Positions 11,230 through 21,726 of a DNA stretch of 64,000 nt are shown here, one piece after another. The first letter of the stretch is position 1, and the number at the start of each line of letters is the position of its first letter. A program made the translations under genes and the position numbers. Origin of the DNA: Anthoceros angustus (taxonomy: Eukaryota; Plantae; Anthocerotophyta). A model generated the notes under the pieces. The model made no database searches and had not been told where the DNA came from. It saw only the letters and a list, made by a program, of their open reading frames with translations. The stretch spans positions 1-64,000 of the forward strand of contig MU008190.1 of NCBI GenBank assembly GCA_010909165.1, read 5' to 3'.

Positions 11230-13650
11230 TGAGCTAGTGTTCAAGTGTCTGCTTAGTTGAAACATAATTGACTGTTGTGTGTTGTCAGCAGGGTGATCAT
11301 TTCTACAGTGCTAGAAGGTAATAGACATCTCATGATCATAAGCCATAGAAAATGTCCACTAACAGCCAAAAGATCACAAAAGAAAAAGCAAAAAGAAATA
11401 ACCTAAAAAAAAAAAGACACTAGAACCAAAACAGCCAAAGACCCTCACAAAAATCCAAAAAGAGACTGGAACCTTCAGCTACAATCCAACCCAAAGGAAA
11501 ACAAAAATAACCTCCCAAAAAAAGAAGCTAGAAACAAAGCAATAAAAAAACCCTCACAAAATTCTGAAGAGCGATTGGAGCCTTAAGCTACAACCCAACC
11601 CAAAAATAAAAATAACAAAGATAACCTCCATTTCTAGCAATAAAAAAATCCTCACAAAACTCTGAAGAGCGATTGGAGCCTTAAGCTACAACCCAAACCA
11701 AAAATAAAAAATAACAAAGATGTCCTCCAAAAAAAAGAATAATCTCCATTTCTAGCAATCAAAAAACCCTCACAAAATTCTGAAGAGCAATTGGAGCCTT
11801 AAGCTATAACCCAACCCAAAAATAAAAAAATAACAAAGATAACCTCCAAAAAAAAGAAGCTAGAAACAAAACAACCATATAGCCCTCACAAAAATTAGAA
11901 TCTTGCAGGTATATTGTCCCCAAATCCATAGGAAGGCTCTCCAGCTTAACTGTTGCAGCTTAAAGCTCATGGCGACGACGAATTCATAGTCCGGAGCTTA
12001 AGGGAGGGCATGAAAGTACCGTGGTCGCAAAAGTCACAGATCCCTCGGGATATCTTCATATACAAATCTTGGTGAAAGTTGGCTTTTTCAAGTCCTTCGA
12101 GGTCGAGCAAGTTAGTCCTTCCGAGGGGGTCCGAAGGATCTGTAACTTTTTGAGACCATGGTACTTTGGTGGTGCCCTGTCTCAAGCTTCGGCCTATGAA
12201 TTCATCATCGGCATGAGCTTTATTAAAAGCTTCAATGCGTTAAGCTGGAGAGCCTTCCTTATGCTTGCGAGGAGTGCCTTGTACTCTACCTTACTAGATG
12301 AGACCTGTCGGAGGCTTTGGCTCTGCAAGAATGCGATTTCCCCGATAGGTTGTTTCAACAATAAACCAAATCCAGCCCTCTTCTTGTTGGATGCCCCAGA
12401 GCACCATAGCTCCCACATATCAGTCTCTGTCCTAGGGATTCACTCCTGGATTTCATAGTGTAGCTTCATCCTTTGAGAGTACGACACATCTTTCCGAGCA
12501 AGCTTTCCCCATAAAAACCATGGAGATCCCCTCCATATATATAGTGCCCAAGTCAGATCAGGGTCCCCCGAAACGCCAACCTCCCAACCACCCTCAGTGC
12601 GCACTACATCACTTCTTGCTTGTCGGCGATAACCACAGAGCTTCCGTCCATGAGGATAGGCCTCAACTAAAGTTGGGGCCCCCCCAAAACGCCAACCTCT
12701 CCACCACTCTCAGTGCGCACTACCTCACTTCTTGCCTGTCGGCGATAACCATAGAGCTTCCCTCCATAAGAAGGCCTCAATTAAAGTTGGGGCCCCCCCC
12801 AGAACGCCAACCTCGCACCCCTGGTGCCCCACCACCCCCAGCGTAAACTTTTACTCCACTTTCTTTTAGGTCGCCAACCTTGCACTCATGGGGTATCTAG
12901 CTTCTTTTTTTCGGAGGGCCCCCCCAGAACGCCAACCTCGCACCCCTGGTGCCCCACCACCCCCAGCGTAAACTTTTACTCCACTTTCTTTTAGGTCGCC
13001 AACCTCGCACTCATGGGGTATCTAGCTTCTTTTTTTAGGAGGTTATTTTTGTTATTATTTTTTCCTTTTGGGTTCGATTGTAGCTGAAGTCTTAGACTCA
13101 AGCAGCATTCAAGTGTCTGCTTGGTTTAAAACAGACTTGATTGGAGTTTTAGACTGAAGCAGCATTCAAGTGTCTGCTTAGTTTTAAATAGAATTGATTG
13201 GAGTCTTAGACTCAAGCAGCATTCAAGTGTCTGCTTAGTTTAAAACAGAATTGATTGCTCACGTTGGCAAAAGAAAGCTTTCTTTTGGGTTTATAGAAAC
13301 CTTTCTAAAGTTATGCTAGGGATGGTGGGGCACCAGGGGTGCAAGGTTGGCGGTATTTAAAGGCAAAAGAAAGCTCGCTGGGGGTGGTGGGGCACCAGGG
13401 TTGCGAGATTGGCAGTATTTTCGAGGCAAAAGAAAGCTTGCTGGAGGTGGTGGGGCACCAGGGGTGCAAGGTTGGCGGGTATTTAGAGCTTTCTTTTGGG
13501 TATAGTAGGGTTTTGGGGTTTATAGGAACCCTTCTAAAGTTCACGCTGGGGGTGGTGGGGCACCAGGGGTGCGAGGTTGGCGGTATTTAGATCTTTCTTT
13601 TGGGTTTATAGAAACCCTTCTAAAGTTCACGCTGGGGGTGGTGAGACCTT
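11230..13650. mobile_element. Composite minisatellite-rich element with a central RNase H-like ORF
   Basis: Four repeat families: ~120-nt units at 11420-11900, inverted at ~13015-13090; ~115-nt x2 at 12565-12800; cgccaacctcgcacccctggtgccccacc at 12805-12980, inverted several times at 13310-13640; ~60-nt x3 at 13090-13260, also at 11236-11275. Confidence 0.6.
12194..12418 (-). pseudogene. RNase H-like (RVT_3 / Tat aRH-type) domain fragment
   Basis: WELWCSGASNKKRAGFGLLLKQPIGE...SSSKVEYKALLASIRKALQL matches the WxLxFDGAS...GAG...NNxAEYxALLxGL pattern; the first catalytic Asp is replaced by Ser. Confidence 0.65.
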
Positions 13651-13699
13651 GAAGTTCTAAGCAATTTTGCTGATTGTGTGTTTCCTTCGTGGTGACAAG

Positions 13700-14388
13700 G
13701 CGTGATTTACAGACTCCTAGCGAGCGCAAAATGGGCTGGCCACGAGATTTCGACCGCATTGAGGATCCCTGCTTGTGGCGCAGCACATCTTGTCATTTCG
13801 AAGACTGCCGCATCTGCCCTTACCCATAGGTAATGCAATCATATCCTGCTTCTCGTGTGAAGTTTGTGGAGATAGTGTTGTAGTTAGTTTCTCCCCCATT
13901 GCTGAGGGTGTAGCTACGGAGTGAGCACCATCAAGGTTAAACTTTTTCATAATCTCCTTGATGTATTTTGTCTGATGGAGAGTAATTGTGCCCAGATCCC
14001 TGTTTCGCAAAATCTGAATACCAAGGCAAAATTGAAGGTCTCCTTAATCAGTCATCTCGAATTCCTGACGGAGCATGTCCTTGACCTGAGCTAGCTGACT
14101 AGTGATGTTGCTCAACAACACACAGTCATCAACATAGAGTGCAAGGACAACGAAGAGACCGCCATCAGCCATGTAGAAGACATTACTGTCAGCAGGTGAC
14201 TATTGAAACCCCAGCTTGCGTAGATATTTCATTATGCGTTTGTACCAGGCACGAGGGCTTTGCTTTAGCCCATAAATAGTCTTCAAGAGCTTGCACACCT
14301 TACGAGGCCACTTCTTGCTAACAAACCCCTCCGGTTGATCCATGTACATAACCTCCTCAAGTTCACCATGTAGAAAGGCAGTGCACAC
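13700..14388 (-). mobile_element. Ty1/Copia reverse transcriptase fragment (a second element)
   Basis: AFLHGELEEVMYMDQPEGF...KTIYGLKQSPRAWY, LYVDD at ~14125-14140, FEMTD, TLHQTKYIKEIMKKF. Contains stops. It lies upstream of the 9.5-11.2 kb integrase, so it is not collinear with that element. Confidence 0.9.
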
Positions 14389-14965
14389 ATAGAGTAATCT
14401 AGGGAGGGTGGCACCTCATCCCGATAGTGATGCGATCTAAGAGTCATTTAACGAGGGAGTTCTGATGAACTTATAGCTACCATGTCACTCCTCAAGGGAG
14501 GACCTCTTAGTAAAATTTATGATCACATATTTTATTTTATGAAAAATATCAAATAATCTCATTAGATATATATACATTTCTAAGATCCAAAGAAGGATTC
14601 TTCATGAAAGAAATATGGTTAGATGAGATTATTTGATAATTTTTATATCACTTCAAAAGAAGAAAAGACCTTGAAATATCATGTGGATAGTTATACTTCA
14701 TACTAACTAAGATTACATCTAAGTAATTAATTTTATATAACTAGCAACTAAATAAAAATATATTTAAGATATTACTCTACCAACTTTGCTAAGGTTGTAG
14801 AGTCGCTAAAAACAAAAGTCGAAACCCTAAGATTGAGGAGTGTAATGAGAGTAAGACTCACACTCCTTCCCGTGTGGGCACGCGAATGACGTGAATGCTA
14901 CATGACGCGGGGCGAGGGGAAGGATTCGTAGTGTTCATGATTTTGTAACTCGGCGCTGGAGCGCT

Positions 14966-17900
14966 ATGGCGGATGCTGGGGGCGCGTTTGTGACCCGTGC
15001 CTTCGAGCGCATGCTGAAGGAGGCCAGCGGGAGGAAGCAAAGCAATCTGCGGGAGGCTCTCAAGGCTTATTTGGAGAGGTCGCAGACTCCAGATCCGAGT
15101 GATCTGCAGCATGCATCTGCCAATGAGGTGGACGTTGGGTCTCAGGCGTCGGAGAATGCTTCGGAAGGGGAGCCGGCAGCTCCGGCTGCTGCTGTGGAAG
15201 CTGCAGCAGTGCCTGCTCCTGTCCGGCCCGCAAGCACCGGCCAGTCTGCTGCTGCAAGTTTGGCGGAAGCAGGTCACAATTTGGACGGCTCTGAGGCAGA
15301 TCTGGTAGTTCTTCCACTGCGTCTCGCTATCGAGACCAAGCAGGCTAGGCTTGTCGAGACAGCCCTCGATTGCTTGCATAAGCTTATAGCATACGGGCAT
15401 TTGGGAGGGGAGGCTGGTGTTGAGGGTGGTAAGAATGGAGTTATGGCCACGCAATTGTTCACTCTGGTCTGCGGTTGTGCCGACAACAATGCATCCGATT
15501 CTGTAATTTTGCAGGTGATCAAGGTCCTCCTCACTGCTGTGGCTTCCAGTGCTTTCCAAGTGCATGGGGAGTGCCTCTTGACTGCGATCAAGACGTGTTA
15601 CAATATTGTCCTTAGCAGTAAGAATCCGGTCAATCAGGCCACCGCGAAGGCAACCTTGACGCAGATGATCAGCCTTGTATGCAAGAGGATGGAATCGGAG
15701 GCACAGAACGTCTCCGATCCGGGACGGGTGCAGGCAGCACCTGTTGAAGTAACCTCCAGCGGTAGTTTCGGGGAAGGTGACGGGAAATCTGATGCTGCCG
15801 AGAGCAGCCATCTTGGAGCTCCTGAAATAGGAGAAGCGGATTCTGCTTTGGAAAGCAGCTCGCCGAGTGCGTCGTACCCCGCACCTGTGACGCTTGAAGT
15901 TCTCCAAACTCTTGCTGTGCATGATGACATCAAGGGTCTTGAGGATGCGCTTGGGAAGGCAGTTCTGTCAGAGGGTGAAATGAAGACGGGGGGAGGTGCG
16001 GATCTAGAAAATCTGGCTGTGCATCAACGAGATGCACAGCTCGTGTTTCGCACTGTCTGTAAAATGTCCATGAAAGATGGCAATGATGACTTGGTCAACA
16101 GGAGCAGGATTCTCTCCCTTGAGCTTCTGCTGGGTTTACTGGAGAGTATGGGCAATTCCAACTCCCTGTTCCTGGACTCTGTGAAAGCGTACTTGTGCTA
16201 CGCGTTGCTCCGGGCTTGCGTGTCTGCCAATTCATCCATCTTTGAGCTCTCATGTGCCATCTTTAATGTGTTGTTACTCCGCTTCCGAGAGAGTCTGAAG
16301 GGAGAGATCGGAGTTTTCTACCCACTTATCATCTTGCGATCACTTGAAAGTCCCGAGAGTCCACTTCACCAACGGACGGTGGTCTTGAAGCAGTTGGAGA
16401 AGCTCTGCTTGAACCCTCAGCTCCTGGCAGATGTATTCATCAACTATGATTGTGATCTGAAAGCCACCAACCTGTTTGAACGGATGGTCAATTCTCTATC
16501 GAAAATGGCACAGGGGACTTTGAATCTGGAATCAAGTGGTGGTCAGGTAGCACAGGTCAACCCTCTAAAATTTTCGTCACTCCAGTGCCTTGTCAATGTT
16601 CTCAAGTCTCTCGTGCAGTGGACCGCCAAGCATCAGGAAGCCAGTGCAAGTTGGGATACTGTAGCTGCTGAAACTAGTGCAGGAGTTAGTGCTGCTGATT
16701 CTTCCAGGGGCTGGGCCAATTTCGATGGAATTGAGGCTGAGATCAAGGAAGAGACACAAGCCGACTTTGGCAGAGCCAAAGCACATAAGTCCACTTTGGA
16801 GGCCGCAGTGGCTGAGTTCAACCGCAAACCAGAGAAAGGGGTCAAATATCTGGTGGAGTACAAGCTGGCTGAAAAGGATCCGAAAGCTGTGGCACATTTT
16901 CTCAGATCAACTCAAGGGTTGAGCAAGGCAATGATTGGTGACTATCTGGGACAGCATGAGGAGTTTCCACTGTCTGTCATGCATGCTTATGTGGACGACT
17001 TCAACTTCACTGGCCTGAAGTTTGACCAAGCCATTCGCGAATTTCTCAATGGATTTCGTTTGCCCGGTGAAGCTCAGAAGATCGATCGCATAATGGAAAA
17101 ATTTGCAGAGCGTTTCTGCCGCAACAATCCAGGTCTTTTTAGGAATGCTGACACTGCTTATGTGTTGGCTTATGCCGTCATCATGCTCAACACAGATGCA
17201 CACAACCCCCTCGTGTCATCAAAGATGTCTAAAGCTGATTTTGTGAAGATCAATTCGGGCCAGCCTGGTGATCAAGAGGAAGAACATGCACCAAGAGAAC
17301 TCTTAGAGGAGATCTATGAGTCCATTGTGAGAGATGAGATCAGGATGAAGGATGATGGCACCAATGCCATCAGGAAGGATCCGAGGAGGAGAGATGCTGA
17401 AGAGAAGAGCAGATTGGTGGATGTTCTAAATCTTGGTCTGCCAAGGAGGAAGGCAGCTGTTGACACAAAAAAGGAAAGCGAGGAGATTGTGCAACGGACA
17501 CAGGATTTGTTCAAGAAGGGAGGGGTACAGAGTGGTGTCTTTCACGTCGCTAAGCAGATTGAGCTCGCTCGCCCAATGCTAGAAGCTGTTGGTTGGCCTC
17601 TGCTTGCTGCGTTTTCTGTCACCATGGAGGATAGTGACAATAGACCACGGGTTCTGTTGTGCATGGAAGGGTTCCGGATGGGTGTGCATTTGACCAAGGT
17701 TCTTGGCATGGAAACAATGCGCTATGCTTTTCTGACCTCCTTGGTGAGATTTACGTACACACATTCTCCCAGGGAGATGCGTACAAAGAACGTGGAAGCT
17801 CTGAAAACCCTACTTGGGATGGCGGAAAATGAACCTGATGCTTTGCAAGACACCTGGAATGCTTTACTGGAATGTGTTTCAAGGTTGGAGTACATCACCT

Positions 17901-20404
17901 CCTCGTCAAGTGTTGCAATAACACTCATGCAGGGTTCCAACCAGGTTTCCAGGGAGGCCCTCCTGCACTCCCTTGTTGAGCTCACGGGGAAGCCAACTGA
18001 ACAGGTATTTGTAAATAGTGTCAAGCTACCCAGTGATGTGATTGTGGAGTTTTTCACTGCTCTGTGCTCAATATCAGCAGAGGAGTTGAAGCAGTCTCCT
18101 CCTCGTGTGTTCAGTTTGCAAAAACTCGTTGAGATCAGCTACTACAACATCACTCGTATCCGTATGGTGTGGGCTAGGATATGGGCAGTTCTCTCTGTTC
18201 ACTTTGTAGCAGCTGGAAGTCACCCTGATGAGAAGATTTCCATGTATGCTATTGATTCACTGAGGCAGCTCGCCATCAAATACCTTGAAAGGGCGGAGCT
18301 AGCAAATTTCAGTTTTCAGAATGATATTCTCAAGCCTTTTGTGATCCTGATGCGAAACAGCAGGAGTCGAACCATACGAGCCCTCATTGTAGACTGCATT
18401 GTGCAGATGATAAAGTCCAAAATTGCTAGCATCAAGTCAGGTTGGCGGAGTGTCTTTATGGTATTCACAACTGCTGCAACTGATGAGAATGAAGCGATTG
18501 CAGATGTGGCATTTGAGAATGTTGAGCAGGTTATCCTGGAACATTTTGATCAGGTTGTTGGGGACTGCCTTATGGACTGTGTAAACTGCCTCATCGCGTT
18601 TGCCACCAACAAAGCCAGCTCTCGCACAAGTCTAAAAGCTATTGCTCTTCTCAGGATTTGTGAAGATCGACTTGCTGAAGGCCGTATACCAGGGGGTGCA
18701 TTTAGGGTAATTGAAGACACAGGGAAGGGTGCAGATCTGGAGGTGGCTGAATACTATTGGTTTCCTATGCTGGCAGGCCTTTCAGATCTCACCTCGGATC
18801 CTCGTGTTGATGTGAGGAACTGTGCACTGGAGGTGTTGTTTGACCTGCTGAAAGAAAGAGGTCACAAGTTCTCAAGTGCGTTTTGGGAGAGCGTCTTTCA
18901 TAGAGTGTTGTTTCCCATCTTTGATTATGTCAGGCATGCGGGAAAGGATGGTGAAAAGCCACCCTCTGCAGATCAGTGGCTTAGGGAGACATGCATCCAC
19001 TCCCTCCGCCTACTTTGTGATTTGTTCAGCACTTTCTACAAGGAAGTTTCATATTTGCTGCCGTCCTTGTTGGGATTGTTGATTGACTGTGCGACAAGAC
19101 CAGACCAAGCTTTGGCTTCAATTTCAGTTGCAGCTCTTGTCCACCTCGCAGAAGTTGGAGGGCATCAATTCAGCAGCAAGGACTGGACTACTCTGTTGGA
19201 CAGCATCCGAGAGGCATGTCAAACCACACAGCCGATTGAGCTTCTCAGTTCTAGTAATGGTGCCAGTCTTCGGACAGACAGTTGGTCAAGAATGAGAAAG
19301 CCGGGAACGTTGACCCCTCTTCACAGTTTCAGTGGAGACGTCACCCCTGGTAGTCATTCTGATCTAGGAACAACCTCGGATGCTGAGAGTTCTGAGCATT
19401 ATGAAAACGGACAAACCTATGCAGGGACACCCCACAGTAATGGAGGGCCACACTTTCGACAGTCTTTTCATGTACAGGAACGGCATGGTTCAGAAGCAGA
19501 AGAACTGTCAGCCTCAGAGAACAGGCAGTCGGGCGGCAGCCCTGTAGCTGGGCAGACCAGTGGACGAAGGTTTATGGGAAGTGTAATGGACACGCTTCTG
19601 CTGAAGAATTTCAAGGCGAGAGGTCGTCTAGCTGACTCTGCAGGTCTGTCAGCTGCTGCTCAGGTCGTTGATGCAGGAGAACAGATCCCTGAGGATGTTG
19701 AAGAGGATCCTGCCGTTCCTGTTGTAAGGACGAAATGTGTTGTCCAGCTATTACTCCTGGCTGTCATTGACAGCTTCCAGAAAAATCACTGGAGCAGATT
19801 TGAGCAGTCACACAAGATACTCATAATGGATACTCTCCTGTCTCTGGTTAATTTTGCGGCGTCCTATAACTCCAATGCCAATCTGCGAGCGCGTATGCAG
19901 CAACATTCTGGGGACAGGCCTCCACAGAACTTGTTGCGATTGGAGGTTGAGGCTACTCGGGTGTATCTCACCGTTCTCAATAAGGCTGCTGCTGTTGGTT
20001 CGAAGTATGAAGCTGTCGCCAACGGGACAAGGAGTCTTCCGCTGGTGGAATTGGAGAATGACATCGAGGATGAGGAGGTTGACAGGGAAGGGGACGAAAA
20101 GCTGAGAGAAGAATCGGAAAGGCGGCTGGTTGCCTTCTTTGGGCATATTCTGAAGGAGGCTGCGACTCTCCAGCCGACTCCTGGACATCCTGTCCAAGCT
20201 GACACGCGCAGATGCTTGGCTTTGCGGTCACCAGTTACAGTGAAGGTGCTAACTGCCATGTCTCAGATGGACAGGGGATTGTTCAAGAAGTACCTTCCCG
20301 AATTCTATCCATACTTCACGAAGCTCATCTGCAGTGAGCAGTTGGATGTCCGAAGGGCACTGGGCGACGTCTTCAAAGTACAACTTGTAGCTCTTTTGCC
20401 GTGA
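14966..20404 (+). CDS. BIG5: Brefeldin A-inhibited ARF guanine-nucleotide exchange factor 5 (BIG5/MIN7/BEN1-like), 1812 aa, intronless
   Basis: N-terminus GGAFVTRAFERMLKEASG; DCB and HUS (INYDCD) regions; Sec7 catalytic motifs FRLPGEAQKIDRIMEKFAERFC and YVLAYAVIMLNTDAHN; HDS domains; C-terminus TKLICSEQLDVRRALGDVF. Confidence 0.95.
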   Translation: MADAGGAFVTRAFERMLKEASGRKQSNLREALKAYLERSQTPDPSDLQHASANEVDVGSQASENASEGEPAAPAAAVEAAAVPAPVRPASTGQSAAASLAEAGHNLDGSEADLVVLPLRLAIETKQARLVETALDCLHKLIAYGHLGGEAGVEGGKNGVMATQLFTLVCGCADNNASDSVILQVIKVLLTAVASSAFQVHGECLLTAIKTCYNIVLSSKNPVNQATAKATLTQMISLVCKRMESEAQNVSDPGRVQAAPVEVTSSGSFGEGDGKSDAAESSHLGAPEIGEADSALESSSPSASYPAPVTLEVLQTLAVHDDIKGLEDALGKAVLSEGEMKTGGGADLENLAVHQRDAQLVFRTVCKMSMKDGNDDLVNRSRILSLELLLGLLESMGNSNSLFLDSVKAYLCYALLRACVSANSSIFELSCAIFNVLLLRFRESLKGEIGVFYPLIILRSLESPESPLHQRTVVLKQLEKLCLNPQLLADVFINYDCDLKATNLFERMVNSLSKMAQGTLNLESSGGQVAQVNPLKFSSLQCLVNVLKSLVQWTAKHQEASASWDTVAAETSAGVSAADSSRGWANFDGIEAEIKEETQADFGRAKAHKSTLEAAVAEFNRKPEKGVKYLVEYKLAEKDPKAVAHFLRSTQGLSKAMIGDYLGQHEEFPLSVMHAYVDDFNFTGLKFDQAIREFLNGFRLPGEAQKIDRIMEKFAERFCRNNPGLFRNADTAYVLAYAVIMLNTDAHNPLVSSKMSKADFVKINSGQPGDQEEEHAPRELLEEIYESIVRDEIRMKDDGTNAIRKDPRRRDAEEKSRLVDVLNLGLPRRKAAVDTKKESEEIVQRTQDLFKKGGVQSGVFHVAKQIELARPMLEAVGWPLLAAFSVTMEDSDNRPRVLLCMEGFRMGVHLTKVLGMETMRYAFLTSLVRFTYTHSPREMRTKNVEALKTLLGMAENEPDALQDTWNALLECVSRLEYITSSSSVAITLMQGSNQVSREALLHSLVELTGKPTEQVFVNSVKLPSDVIVEFFTALCSISAEELKQSPPRVFSLQKLVEISYYNITRIRMVWARIWAVLSVHFVAAGSHPDEKISMYAIDSLRQLAIKYLERAELANFSFQNDILKPFVILMRNSRSRTIRALIVDCIVQMIKSKIASIKSGWRSVFMVFTTAATDENEAIADVAFENVEQVILEHFDQVVGDCLMDCVNCLIAFATNKASSRTSLKAIALLRICEDRLAEGRIPGGAFRVIEDTGKGADLEVAEYYWFPMLAGLSDLTSDPRVDVRNCALEVLFDLLKERGHKFSSAFWESVFHRVLFPIFDYVRHAGKDGEKPPSADQWLRETCIHSLRLLCDLFSTFYKEVSYLLPSLLGLLIDCATRPDQALASISVAALVHLAEVGGHQFSSKDWTTLLDSIREACQTTQPIELLSSSNGASLRTDSWSRMRKPGTLTPLHSFSGDVTPGSHSDLGTTSDAESSEHYENGQTYAGTPHSNGGPHFRQSFHVQERHGSEAEELSASENRQSGGSPVAGQTSGRRFMGSVMDTLLLKNFKARGRLADSAGLSAAAQVVDAGEQIPEDVEEDPAVPVVRTKCVVQLLLLAVIDSFQKNHWSRFEQSHKILIMDTLLSLVNFAASYNSNANLRARMQQHSGDRPPQNLLRLEVEATRVYLTVLNKAAAVGSKYEAVANGTRSLPLVELENDIEDEEVDREGDEKLREESERRLVAFFGHILKEAATLQPTPGHPVQADTRRCLALRSPVTVKVLTAMSQMDRGLFKKYLPEFYPYFTKLICSEQLDVRRALGDVFKVQLVALLP

Positions 20405-20682
20405 GCATAGGATCTTCTTGTTTGAGAGAAGCAGGGGTGAGGCAATTAGAACACTGGAGCTCTGCTTCTAGTGGAGTTCACGCCATTTTTGTACACAGCA
20501 TCCGTAATCTGGAACAAGCTGTATCTCCGTATTTTCCTTCTGGAGTTTCGGAGTTTCGGAGTTTCAGCCACACCCATTGCGTATGCCCATGTCTTCCACT
20601 TGTTTATTTAAATCTTCACTTGGAGGGAGCGACTTCCAGCAGAGGCCAAGTAGTTGAAGACCTTGAGCAGCCTGGGCTAGCT

Positions 20683-21606
20683 ATGGCCGCCTTGCCTCTG
20701 CTTTTTGCGTTGCTGACGGGATTGGCAATGTTCGAATCAGGAGACGCTTTGCCGTTCATTGTGTTACATGGAATCGGCGACCAATGCAAGAATTCAGGCC
20801 TCGCCGGACTCACCGAGTTCCTGAGCACTGCAACAGGCACCCAAGGCTTTTGTATCGAGATCGGCAATGGAGCAAGTGACTCCTTCTTCATGCCCATGGA
20901 GAAGCAGGCGGAGGCGGCGTGCAGCTCGGTGAAGGCGATCCCCGAGCTCAAGGAGGGTTACAACATAGTGGGATTGTCGCAAGGGAATCTGGTAGGGCGA
21001 GGATTGATCGAGTGGTGCGATGGCGGACCTGCTGTTCACAACTTCATCTCCATCGGCGGGCCGCATGGTGGCACGGCCTCCGTCCCCGCCTGCACCACCC
21101 TCACCATTTGCATTCTGGTTGACGCCGTGATCAAGCTCGGGGTGTACACGGCTTACGTGCAGAACCACTTGGCTCCGGCAGGCTATGTGAAGATCCCCAA
21201 CGACTTGGAGCATTACTACAAAGGTTGTCTGTTTTTGCCCAAGCTCAATAACGAGCTTCCAGCCAGCCGCAACGCCACCTACAGGGAGCGCATGGCCAGC
21301 ATCGACCATCTCGTGCTGATCATGTTTGAGATGGACACCATAATCTTGCCCCCCGAGACTGCCTGGTTTGGCTTCTTCGCTGACAATAACTTCAACACCA
21401 TCTTGCAGCCGCAGCAGACCGCCCTTTACGTCGAGGATTGGATTGGGCTGCAGGTGCTGGACAAGTCTGGGCGTGTCAGCTTCGTCGCTTTGCCGGGTAA
21501 TCACCTCGACATATCTCAGGCTCAACTCTTGCAGCATGTTGTTCCATACCTCAAGATAACTTCAGTGCCACGCACCTTCGTCTCGAAACTTGCCATGGCT
21601 CTTTAG
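20683..21606 (+). CDS. Palmitoyl-protein thioesterase (PPT1-like), intronless, with signal peptide
   Basis: ATG at 20683 followed by a hydrophobic leader MAALPLLFALLTGLA; LPFIVLHGIGDQC; nucleophile GLSQG; FISIGGPHGG; DTII; LYVEDWIGLQVLD; GNHL. Confidence 0.92.
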   Translation: MAALPLLFALLTGLAMFESGDALPFIVLHGIGDQCKNSGLAGLTEFLSTATGTQGFCIEIGNGASDSFFMPMEKQAEAACSSVKAIPELKEGYNIVGLSQGNLVGRGLIEWCDGGPAVHNFISIGGPHGGTASVPACTTLTICILVDAVIKLGVYTAYVQNHLAPAGYVKIPNDLEHYYKGCLFLPKLNNELPASRNATYRERMASIDHLVLIMFEMDTIILPPETAWFGFFADNNFNTILQPQQTALYVEDWIGLQVLDKSGRVSFVALPGNHLDISQAQLLQHVVPYLKITSVPRTFVSKLAMAL

Positions 21607-21726
21607 TTCTGCCAAGTTTGAAAGAAAGATTCAATTTGTCGTAGTGGTGTAATCCTCTCTCCAAGCAGTAGCACAAGGTGCCATTTGCGGCATAGATACT
21701 CCACTGCTGGCGACGTGGATTAAGAG

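Noticed and set aside
12530-12550. rDNA intergenic-spacer promoter (TATATA...GGG) amid subrepeats
   Set aside because: Imperfect match and no rRNA sequence in the window.
14858-20259. Antisense and alternative-frame ORFs over BIG5 (and similar ones over CHAT, PPR, VQ and SDH2)
   Set aside because: Shadow ORFs of GC-rich coding sequence with no motifs.
20401-20682. 94-aa N-terminal extension of PPT from a GTG start
   Set aside because: A signal peptide follows the ATG at 20683; the extension has no recognisable similarity.
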